Shown: positions 1 to 12,100 of the stretch, one piece after another
Position numbering within the stretch: the first letter of the stretch is position 1
Layout: each line of letters opens with the position of its first letter
From: Tubiluchus corallicola
Taxonomy: Eukaryota > Animalia > Priapulida
Assembly: GCA_030141605.1 (NCBI GenBank)
Contig: JAQGDQ010000027.1
Coordinates: forward strand, 558,001 to 622,000
DNA: 64,000 bases
Direction: 5' to 3'
Notes under the pieces: model-generated
What the model was told of the DNA's origin: nothing
The model's database searches: none
What the model saw: only the letters and a program-made list of their open reading frames with translations
Made by a program: the position numbers and the translations under genes

Positions 1-111
1 TTGTTATTTTCTTAATGAACAGATGGAAAATAACAATGCATAAAACCAAATTAAAAAAGCAACTATTGAAATAGAAGTTGAACTTATCAGTGATTTACAC
101 AATGATTATCA

Positions 112-3100
112 TCACTGTAAAATACTTCTAACAGCTTCATCAAGTTGCTGATCTTCTGCAGAAATTACACAATTTTCTGCATGCCCATTTTCTACGATTC
201 CTTCTGCATGTTCTACATAGAACTGTTCTTGATAATCAATGTCTGGATAATCTTTTGTGTGAAATTCATATTGCTGAGTAAGTATATCTGCTGCTATGTT
301 ATCTTCACTATAAGTGTAATCGTCTGTCGAACTATTTTCAGTTGCAAACGGAATGACGAGGTTGCCATCTGGTGATTCTGTACATTCATTTGTTGGCAAA
401 TATTTCTGTTTTTGAACTTTATTACATGAAAGAGATGGAGAAGCAGGCGATGCTTCTATATCGGAAGTAGCAGTATCGTTCAGGTCATTTGAACAATAAT
501 TTGCATATTCGTATACTTCGCGACTTTGCTCGGTGGTTGTAAGAATACTCGTAATCGCAGATTGAACCTGATCATCACTTTCGTTGTTATTCGTGTACCC
601 AATTTCTTCTTTAACATGTTGCTCATTTACTGCATCATCGTTAGCTTTTAATCGATTGCGACATTTAGGAGAAACACGACTGCTATTTAACGCAACCACA
701 GAATCAACGTCAGCATCACTAATATTATTATCTAATAAAGCACAATTGGAAACCAGTTCGTTTGGTTTGGTGATATCACAGATAGAGTCCCCCACGAGAT
801 CTAAAGACGGATGCGTGCAAAGCAATCCCTGCACAGCAGTTCGACTTTCTTCTGAAGGTCTTGTTGCTGCCTCCAGTTCAGCATCACTTATTTCACCATT
901 TGGCAGATGCTCTATTCTTTCTTTTGGCGCAGAATCCGTCAGTTTCTGTGGCCGAACTGATTCCTGCTTTGCACCTGCTTCCAAATTACTGACAGTAGCA
1001 GATGATATGTTAGGGGTATCATCTACATAATTTTCACTTACTTCATCTACACCATCCTCTTCCATGTCACTGTCATCACCACTGATTGCCTGGTGAATTG
1101 CACTTTCTAAAACATCCATAGGTTTGTCTATTACAGAGGGTCCAGGTGGCTTGTTTATGTCAATTACGGCAGCGGAGTTGCTGCTAGGCGGTAGCTGCAT
1201 AGTATAACACGCTTTCTGAGAATAAGAAACCGGTGCAACAGTCGGTACGGACACAATGTTCGGCAAGATTTGCACTTGTGCAGCGGTACTAGTAACACTT
1301 GGAACGAATACACTGGTACTGGCGGTGGTGTGTACAGCTGGTGTATTATTCATTAAACTCACATGTTCATGTTTACTAACTGCAGTCAATTTCTCATTAT
1401 CACAGATGGGTGACTTTGCTCTAGGTGATTTGGCTTCTTTAGCTGTTTCATCCAGCAGCAGATCAGGTTTTAGTGGACTAGGAGGAGTGCTGCTGGCAGG
1501 ACTTGGTGCCGACGAACCTTCTTGCAGATCGTCACTTATGTCTTTCAACTGGAAACCCTCTGGAACTATGAAATGCAGGGTACATAGATTAATACGGTGT
1601 AATCTAGCAAAAGCATGTTTTCGATTAATTTTTACTACAATATTCAAAACTAATGAATGGGTTTTGCATGAAATCTGCGCGGCTTGAATCCAGCCACTAA
1701 ATGATTAATTAATAATAAAAGCAGTGTTTGTTCAGCTAGCTAGCAAGGCAGCTCAGATAGCTGCTGAGATGTTACATTGTGTACCGAAGGTGGCTATCAG
1801 TGCAGCTCAGTACTCAAAATTTAGAGAAAAGCCACTGTTTCTTTCAAAATTATTTTAATAATAATAATAATAATAATAAATTTATTTGGAAATGCAAATA
1901 CAATATCTAGAATCACTGAGAAAAATAGACAATAATAATGATTTAATTTTGATGTGACAGCATGCATATAATAAATGGCAAGAACAAGAAGCAAAACATG
2001 TTAGGTGCTTGCACCATTGTAAACATGTCCAAATAATGATTGAAAAAAAGAACAAAAAACGAGGGTTTTAGGCAATTTAAAAAAATTGTGCAAAGCAAGG
2101 ATAGAAGTGATGGATAAAAGAATGTTCAAAAGGATAGGAAGAATGGCTTCAGCTCATGAGATGACGAAGCACTCTGGATTCTACTCAAAAAGAACACAAG
2201 GTTATGACTGTTGTGTCACACAGGAACAATAGGTAGTTACAGAGACTAATTTATATAAGAAGCAAACAGATATCGCTTAACTCACGATTTAAAGCGGTAA
2301 ACTGGCACGTTACATTGGGTGGTAGTGAGTTCCAAAGTTTAGGTCTGAGTTGGTAATCATTATAGCGAGTATTATGTGATTTGACATTCTTAATTACAGG
2401 ATTCTTGAAGTATACAGGGAATGGATCATTGTTAGTCTTATAAACAAAAATGGCAGTGTTATAGGAAATCAGATCATCAATTATTAGTATTCTACACTCA
2501 CTATAGCATGATTTAGTAAATGAACTGAATTTGGAGAGTCTGTACAGGGTGCGTATAAATTTACGTTGCAAGCTGTGAAGTGAATTTAAGTTGGTCTTGT
2601 AAGTACTACCCCAAAGTATATTTCTATAGGCAAGATATGGTAAGACTAATGTGTTATATAAAGCTATTAAGTGAAATCGAGTTTTGAATGTATGTTATTA
2701 TACCTATATTTTTAGCTATTTTAAGTCTGATCATATTTATATGAAAATTCCAATCAAGATTTTCGTGGAGGATAATGCCCAAAAACTTGATGTGACTAAC
2801 TATTTCTATAGTTGTATCATCAATAGAAATATTATAATATTCTGGGGGTTAGTTTTATTTCTGGCACGAAACATAATACACGTAGTTTTTGCATGATTCA
2901 AAGACAGTTTATTTGCTTTAAACCAATTTGTAACAGTATCTAATTGCTGGTTTATTATGTCAATTGAAAAGTTACTGAGATTGAAGAAGATCGTGGTATC
3001 ATCTGCAAACTGAGTTAACTGTAATGAGTCATTACACAGATCGTTAATTTAGATTAAGAAAAGCTGAGGTCTGAGGATCAAGCCTTGCGGTACTCCGATG

Positions 3101-6100
3101 TTTACACTACGTGGGGTTGATATCACACTGTTGCATCTCACATACTGCATACGATTTTTTAGATAGCTACTAAACCAATTATTTGCAATACCTCTAACCC
3201 CGTAAAATGATAATTTATGTAACAAAATTGCATGGTCCACCGTGTGGAATGCTTTGGAAAGATTGCTACATGACACAGTCGTTCAGCAACCCAATAGCTC
3301 ATCCATTTTATTATAAATCTTCCAAGTTGATGGACAAGATCCACTTTTCCTTCACACCTTTGACCTTCACCTACCTTTGCTTCATGTTTTTTCTATTTTG
3401 TGTGACATTGTTGCCACGTTTTTCAATTCCAATTTCTCTCAGCTGGCCAGCAACTTCAGCAAATAATTTTTTATTCTTTTGTTGTCTACTATCTAAAAGA
3501 TTAACTGGGCCGATAATAAAAATACCTCCATTTCCGTCTAATCGCCCAGGTAATATTTTTTTATCAAACACCCAGCGGGGGAATTTTATAAATTTTTTTG
3601 TACGTTCATATACTTACTTGACGCAGTCATATAAAAGCATATTTTTTAATTTAAAATGTAGAACACAATAATTATTAGAACATTGTTCTTTCGAGGAATG
3701 CAGCACGCAGCCATATTTTTCCACGACTAACTCTTGACCAGGGTTGCCATGTTGCATGATGCTCACTGTATTGGAGGCTAAAAGTATCGAATTTTCCACC
3801 AAATCGATGTATTAACAGCTGAATAGTGTTGTCGCTTATACCATAATTATCAGAACGTTCGTGCATTCATGACACAAAAAAGAGACTATACAATAATCGA
3901 TAATTATATCATAATTTAGTAATGCGAAACTAAAAAACAAAAAAAGCGTGGAAAAATGTGCATTGAAAATATTTCAAACATTACTGCTGACCAGTGGGAA
4001 ATAAACAAAATTTGATTTCAATGGTTTTAAATATGTCATGATTCAGCTTAAACATTCACAAAGCTTTGAAAAAAATTTAAAGCCTAGTGACATCTATCCT
4101 TCCCTACTGACATATTTTGAGCTCATGAGGTAAGACAGAAACAAATTTTTTTATGGCCAGCCTTACATCCAGATCTTGTAAAATATCCAAAAAAATTCAC
4201 TTGCCTGTCTTCCCACTGACCCATTTGAGCATCCATGGTGATGTAACGCGTTTGGGCAGTTTTGTAACATTTAAAGTAGTGCGGAACAAAATTATTAGCA
4301 CAAATATACCCTAATGAATATTCTGGTGGCTAGACGTTTAACACCTGACTGAAAGGGACAAGCCTATACTGTAGTCGCTTTGCCATGATCGTTGTTAATT
4401 AGGTATTACATACTTTCACACAATGTCGAATAATAAGGTTTGCATATGCATTTAAGCCACACGGATTTCATGTAAAATGTAAATATTACAGTACACAATC
4501 GTTTTTGAATAAAAATGTTGAAATAAATACCGGTACCTCTATATTCTCCTCGTTCAGCAGCCTCTTTATCTCTCCTTAGATCATCACGTTCCTTTTGCAC
4601 CAACATCCGATTAATATGAACAAGTTCCCAGGACGGCTTCTGTCTCTGCACACGAGAAAAGCTTATAAGAATTGGCATCTGCACATGAGAAAAGCTTACA
4701 AGAATTAGAATCTGCACATAAAAAAGCTTACAAGAGTTTAGCACTTTTAGTTACAATGCTAACATCAATAAAGGAATAGGCAAGGTACTGTAGACAGTGA
4801 TAGGAAATCCGCATCAAAACGCATAAAAGATTATTTTTCGTTTTACTCTCTAGTTTATTCACAAATTACTTATATAAATAACACATACGCATATTAAAAC
4901 AAAAACTTATAAAACTTTTTCATGCTTTTTCTGCATCGACAAAAGTTAAGCATTTACAGGACTTGTGCATAATTTGCTACTCTAGGTCAAACAAAGACCA
5001 TAGATTTAAATGCCATGTATGCGCAAAAGGGAGACAGAGAGAAAGAGATTGCATATCAAACAACACATGAATAGTGAGTAGCTCAAAGGCTACTTCTGCT
5101 ATACAATAGAATGCAGTTTTTCTATTGTACAATAAGGCATCCATTATTTATCTTACAACAAAGAATTAGAATATGTATTAGGACATGATGAGGCACATTG
5201 ATGATGATAGCACTCTTCCTATGCATGTGTGGCATTTTAATCTATGGAAAAGACTAATTCTCGAGGCACATTGATGATGCCACCACTCTCTTCCTATGCA
5301 TGTGTGGCATTTTAATCTATGGAAAAGACTAATTCTCATTTGGAAATTATACTTTTATCCAAGCGGTACTATTGGCACTTTCAAACGGCACTGCTAAAAT
5401 TATTTTAATAATGGGAGTCAAGAAAATGTATAGCTGGTATGCTAAAACAATAAACAGCTAAAAAAGCAGCAGATAAACTAACACTAAGAAGCAGCACATA
5501 CCTGACTTTCACGCAAGAGAAGACGGTGAAACTTGTTGAGCATATGATGGAACCTGGTTTGTAATTGTTTTGACTTTTCTTCAAATGCATGGTCAACTGA
5601 AACAGAAGAAAACGCTGTACATTTGTTGTAATTTTCTCTTAAATTTTTGAAACTTTGTTCTGTGGTTACAAAAATCTGTACAAACTACTCAAGTAAAACA
5701 AAACAGCTTTTATATTCAATATATCATACTTTTTTCCAACTGCCGTGGATGTTGTGGAGTTCCGGCAAGAATATGGTATCTTATCAGAGATCGACAAGCA
5801 TGTTTAACAGATTTGAATGCCACATCAGTCTCAGGCTTCACGATCATATTCTGATCCCTTTTTATTTGTGCTGTCAACCTAAGGAATTTAGAACTAAATT
5901 ATTAGTTCCATTACTAAACTGAAATATTATTAATATACATAACACCCTAACATGTAACTATGATGCATTCATTGTACAGGTAAAAAACCTTGTAAATCGT
6001 TTAAACAAAGATAAGTTCTATTTCTTAATTTTCTGATAGTTTAATTTAACATCTGCATTATTTTTCATTAGCAAATGAATATAAGCACTAAGTGCCTTGA

Positions 6101-9100
6101 ATCTAATGTCTTAACTTAATAGATTATTGCTTACAGCTACAGCAATAATAAAGATGTGCATGTAATGTAACTCCTTTCACACAATAATAATGTTTGCAAA
6201 AACATTGAACATTTTACAGCAATTTGGTTAAAATCTGCTCACTTTGCCATTTTTGCTGAGGAAGTTCTGACTTCAGTTTTTTCTGGTGCCCGCTTTGTCG
6301 CTTTGTGAGATTGATGGCAAATGGAAGCTTTGCTTGGCGAACTGATTTTCTTCTGAGGCGTAATCTATAAAGTATCATCGTTTACTTAAAAGATGACATA
6401 CTATTAAAAGCAATAACAAAGAAAGAATCGTTGATCAAATTAATTACATTCACAAGACTGTTTAATAAAGAGATACAAGAAAACGAGTTTACCTTCACCT
6501 GATTTGGAGGAGCTGGTGTGGCTTTTTTCACGGAGCACGCAGCAGGCTGCAAGCCAATGACAGGTTGACTAGCTGAGTTAATGCCTATCTTCACCAGTTG
6601 TTGAGTGCCAGCAGGTGCGGATTTATTGAGTAGATTACCAAGAGCAGAAGATGTAGTAGTCTGTGAAGTAACTGCAGCACGTGATTGGCTTGAGATTGCA
6701 ACAGAAGGAATTACTCTTGGGGCTTGCGTTAAAGCCGAAGCTGACTCTATGCCACTCCGAATTGCAGCGTCTCGTCCTATTTGGATGATTTCTTGCTGTT
6801 TCTGCAAAGCAAAAACATGTTTATGAAACTATTATATGATGGCAGAAACAATATAAAAGTGTTTATGAAACCGCATATCTACTTATTAGTTTCTCAACCT
6901 TGTATTTAATTTACAGTTTCACCGTAATTTGGCTGTAGTGGTAGCTTCTAGTCATACAAAGTAGCAACCAAATTTCGTTTTCCTAACCACTTTGAAAAAA
7001 AATTGTTACTCACATATCACGCACAAATTTTTACCCACATGTTGCATCGTGTAAACTGTGTATTAAGAAATGTGTAAACCAGAATGTGTGCATCGTATAC
7101 ACTGAAATGCTAAGCCATGTAGGCTGGTATTAGAAAACGAGCATGTGAAACACTGCCTTCAAATACACACTTCACACACTCGCAAAGAAATACCGCACTG
7201 CATATATGTGGCATGGACAACTTAAAGAGAAACTGGCAGCAAGTGAAAAAATTGCTAAACGTATTCCGTAAAATTTTGTAGGCAGTTGATTCTGTATTGA
7301 ACTAGCTTCCATCACAGGTACATTAAAGCCTTAGATTTTTTAGAAACATCACTGCAAAAAGTGACATGACACAGAGTTTTCAAAATTTTGAACGAAGTTG
7401 CAAAACGTAAAAGGCAGCCCATTTCAAAGAAATAACAGTAATAACCACTCAGATATACTTGTTTGCTTTCTTGCTCTTTCAAATTAATGCCCATTTTCGA
7501 TGAAGCATTAAAATTAAACACTAATATTCACTTATCATAAAACTATCATATCATATCATGACACTAACTAACAAATTTTGACAATCTATTTCTGCTCACT
7601 TTGTATTATATGCATATTTTTGTTCAATTTCAGCATTCCTAGAAAATGGGCTTCTAGAAGATCTTAAAACAAATTAATAATAGACTTTCACAATGAATCT
7701 GCTATAATTTACCCGAAAAAGTTGCTGGAGAGCCTGTTTTTGGTGTTGCGTGTGGTTCTTGACGCCCAGAAGTTGTCGAATCATAACTTCAATTTTCTGC
7801 AATAGTTGCTGGTTTTGAAGACTCAGTTGTATAGTTTGTATGCGTTGACCAGGAACTAGCGTAGTAGCTGAAGCTGCCGGAGCAAGGGTGGACTCAACAA
7901 GATTCGTTTTGGCTGCAGTTTGCTAAATAAACATAAAGCCATAAGTCAAAGTTTTGTTAAAAATGAAATAAACTTATGAACGGTTTGTACTTAGACAACA
8001 AATTCCCTTCCTTTATACTAATAATAAAGGTATTTGTATCTAAACCACTTCACCCTCTTTATGACGGGAATGCTATTATAACTGGCCTGTATGACAAGAC
8101 TGTACAGTCATGCTTAATATGAGAATTAACTGAGACCTACACCAGTAGCAATAATACTAGCACATGCCAGGCACACTTCATGAATGCAGGCTACTGAGCT
8201 ACAGAGATGGCAATGATAGCTGTGACAGTAAGGCTAATGATGATGTAGCAAAAGTTATGGTAATCTGTAGTATGCGGTAGTATATGTAACAACAACAACT
8301 TTTCCGTTTCCTAATATATTCCCCTATGCCAGCTACGACACAAATTGTGTGGAAGTGAAGAGGTTAACAGCCTGACTGCATTTCAGCAAAATATCAAACA
8401 TTACACACTAAACATGTTTGGTATATTTTCTATTGGTTCAATCACAAGTCGGCACGGTATATAATAATTTATTACAAAATATCTTGCTTTGTCTGTAAAA
8501 ATTTCTATACAATTGTTGAGCATTTCTATTTAAAATTATTACACATACAAATTCATAGCTATTGAAGCAGATCTTTGGGAAGTGATAAGATATTTTTCAA
8601 AATGTTGTATTATAAATAGCACTTGTAAAATGTAGATATACATGTATCCTTATTGTTAGTGGAAAGACTATAAACAGCTGAAGTCCTGAACTCTTAGCTT
8701 CCACCATCTATGCATTGACATTGTTTGCTACTAATATATAACGTATTGACAAGCACACAGTACGCATCTTGCAACAGTAGTTTTTGTGTTTTCGTGAATT
8801 ACGCTACTCTGAACCCATCTGCAGCAATGAGTGGGCCAAAAAAAGTCGACAGTGAGTGCCGAGTTTTTAATAAGGAATGGAGAACTAAATACTTTTTCAC
8901 GGAAGTCCGGTCCAAGGCTGTATGCCTTATTTGCCAAGAAACCATTGCAGTTTTAAAGGAATACAACATCACCCGTCACTTTTCCACCAATCAACCAATC
9001 AACGCAAGAACGGACGGCAACCACTCAGAGGTTGGCAGCTACTTTGCTGGCTCAGCAAAACACCTTTATCCGACAAAGTGCCATCCAAGAATCAAGCAGG

Positions 9101-12100
9101 AAGGCAAGTTATTTGCTAGCCTTCAAATTAGCAAAGACCAGCAAACCTTTCTCCGAAGGAGAGTTTTTCGAAGAGTGTATGGTAGAGACAGCGGGTATAC
9201 TTGTGTCCTGAGAGCAAGAGCAAATTTGAAAAAAACTAGCTTGTCACGCAGGACAGTGACTCGCCATGTTGAGCTAATTGAGGAAGACTTAGGTAGCGAG
9301 CTAAACAAAATAGCGTGGTCATTTACATTATATTCATTGGTGCTGGATGAAAGTAATGACATAAAGGACACCGCTCAGCTTTTAATTTTTATCAGAGGGA
9401 TTAATGACAATTTTGAGATAACGGAGGAGTTTTTGGCCATGGAATCCCTAAAGGGAAAAACACGGGGAGAGGTCTTGTATGACATCATGACGGGGTCATC
9501 GAGAGGCACAAGCTACCGTGGAGTACGCTCGCCAACATTACCACAGATGGATTGACAAATCTGACAGGAAAAAACGTCGAGTTGCTCAAAAGAATCCGGG
9601 AGAGGGTGAAAGAGGACAACCCTGCGCAGCAAGTGATTTTCTTACACTGCATAATCCACCAAGAAACATTGTGCAAATCCATACTGCAGCTTCATCACAT
9701 AGTGAAGTCAGTTGTAAAAGTCATTAATTTTATTCGAGCGAGGGGTCTTCAGCATCGTCAGTTTATTAAGTTTCTTGAAGAAACTGACGCTGATCACCAG
9801 GACTTGCTTTACCACTCCAATGTTCGCTGGTCAAGTATGGGGAAAGTATGTCAACGAGTATGGGAGCTCAAACAGGAGATCATTTCATTTTTGGAGCTAA
9901 TTGAGAAAGCTGACAATTTTCTTGAGCTGAGTGATGCTGATTGGCTTTGTGATTTAGCCTGTGCTGTGGACATACTGACACACGTGAATGCGCTGAATGT
10001 TAAGCTACAAGGGAAAGACCTGTTTGTGTATGAAATGTACACAAATGTCAGAGCTTTCAAAACCAAGCTAGCTTCATTTTCAAAGCAAATGTCAAACAAG
10101 TTATTCGCTCATTTCCCCACACCGGCTACGCTAAAAGAGGCCCCTCGACATGTGAAAAAATACAGGAAATCACTGGACGACCTGCATGATGAATTCTGTT
10201 GCCGATTCGCAGATTTTGGAAAAATTGACAAGTCACTTCAACTGGTGACATGTCCCTTCACACAAGACACTGAAACAGCGCCAGAGGAGTTGCAGTTGAA
10301 ACTGATTGTTCACCAATGTGACGCTGTCTTATGAGTTTTATGCTTCATTAAGTGCAGCCAAATTTCCAAACATCCAGAAGATGGCACAGAGGATACTGGT
10401 GTTGTTTGGCTCTACGCATGTATGTGAACAGACTTTTAGTGTGATGAACACCAACAAAGCTCCACACAGATCCCAGCTGAGTGATGAACACCCCAAATCT
10501 GTTCTGAGAATTGCCACTACAAAATTAACACCGGACTTCAATGCACTGGCAAAAAAGGGTGATCAACAAAACTGTTCCCACTAAAAGTGAATGTAAGTAT
10601 TAATACTGTAATGCCTTTTTTATGTTTATGTTTGATATGTATGCATCAGGTGCTGCCCGTCTGCCAAATTTTAAAAGTCAATGTGGCCCCTGAGAATAAA
10701 AGTTTGCCCACTCCTGTACTATCATAAGTGTCACATGGCAAATTACCAAAAAAAAATCAATTTTCAAAACATACCTGCTGCAGCTGCTGGGAAGCCGACT
10801 GCATGGCAGCTGGACTACTTTTTAACAAATTATTCATTTGATCTACAGGGAGGTTAACCTGTAATGGTGGTCGACCAGGTTGCTGTATCAAAACAGTTTG
10901 CTGCAGCTTTCCACCCTGAAGTAACATTGCAGACTGAGAATTACCAATAATGATCTGAGGCTGATTAACTTGAGATTGAACACTCGTCTGAGCTCCCGGT
11001 TGCACTAACAGATTTCCTTGTTGGTTTGTTTGTAAAACAATGTTTCCGGTGACCTGTGCACTGTTTTGTGAGTTCGGATGCAGTAATACATTTGTTTGGT
11101 GTTGCGCTTGTGGCTGTAACAAAATGCTTGGTTGAGCTCGTGGCTGAAGAGACGGTTGCTGTAAAACTACAAACGAAGGCCGATTCAGCTGAGTACTCTG
11201 ACCAGCAGTATTCTGTTGAACAACAGCATATTGAGGCATTATCGAACTAGACTGACTACTTTCACAGTTGCTAAACTGCTGCTGCTGTGCAGAAAGAACT
11301 GGTGCTGTTTGTGCGATAACCGTGTTCTGGCTTATTGGTAGCTGAGCGGTGGACACTGCTAACGGCTGCTGAAACCACTGAACACTTTGAACATTTGGAT
11401 TATTACACGAAACAGTAACATTGCTTACTACGGGTTTCACTGCCGTTTGAACACCAGCTGGCAAAAATTGAGACTGGTTTGTTACACCAATAGATGAATT
11501 GTTACCAGGTGATTGATGATTCAAGACATTTTGCAACATTACATTTTGAGGAGTTCTTGCTTGTTTGACATTATCTTTAGGAAGCTTTAACTGTTGATAA
11601 AGTAAAGGAGAACTTGCTAGTTTATTGTCAACGTTGGTAACAACTGCCGAAACAGATACGGGTGCAATGTGTGCATCTGTGGCCAAAGAATTAAAGTTAC
11701 TAGAAGCCACTTGACTTTTTCCAGATTCATTTGCTAATGGTGGTTTTGCAGCTATAACATAATGCCCTTGCACTGGCACTAGAGGAGATCCCACCCTCGA
11801 TTGATCTTGCAGTTGAGTCTGTACAACAGGACCTGTCAAACCAGATGATAAATTCTGAATGGGCACTTGCTGTCGGCTGGCCGGACTTTGATTTTGAACA
11901 TTTGTACCACCATGACCTGCATTTTGTGCATTCAGTTTGGCAAGGTGGGTCTGCAAAGCAGACAGCTGCGACACAGGCAATTGTAACACAACGGTTCGGC
12001 CATTAATTGTGGTATTCACTAACACGGTTTGGTTTGCTGGCAGTGTGATAGACTGGTTTTGATTTTGGATAACAATATTTGGAACAGAAGCTAATTGTGG

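Noticed and set aside
145-1687. Plus-strand ORFs 145..375, 584..1030 and 1256..1687 (also 12123..12455)
   Set aside because: Antisense shadows of BICRA coding exons.
5190-5337. Possible C/D snoRNA pair (TGATGA in each unit)
   Set aside because: No D box or terminal stem, and it is antisense to the host gene; a simple duplication.
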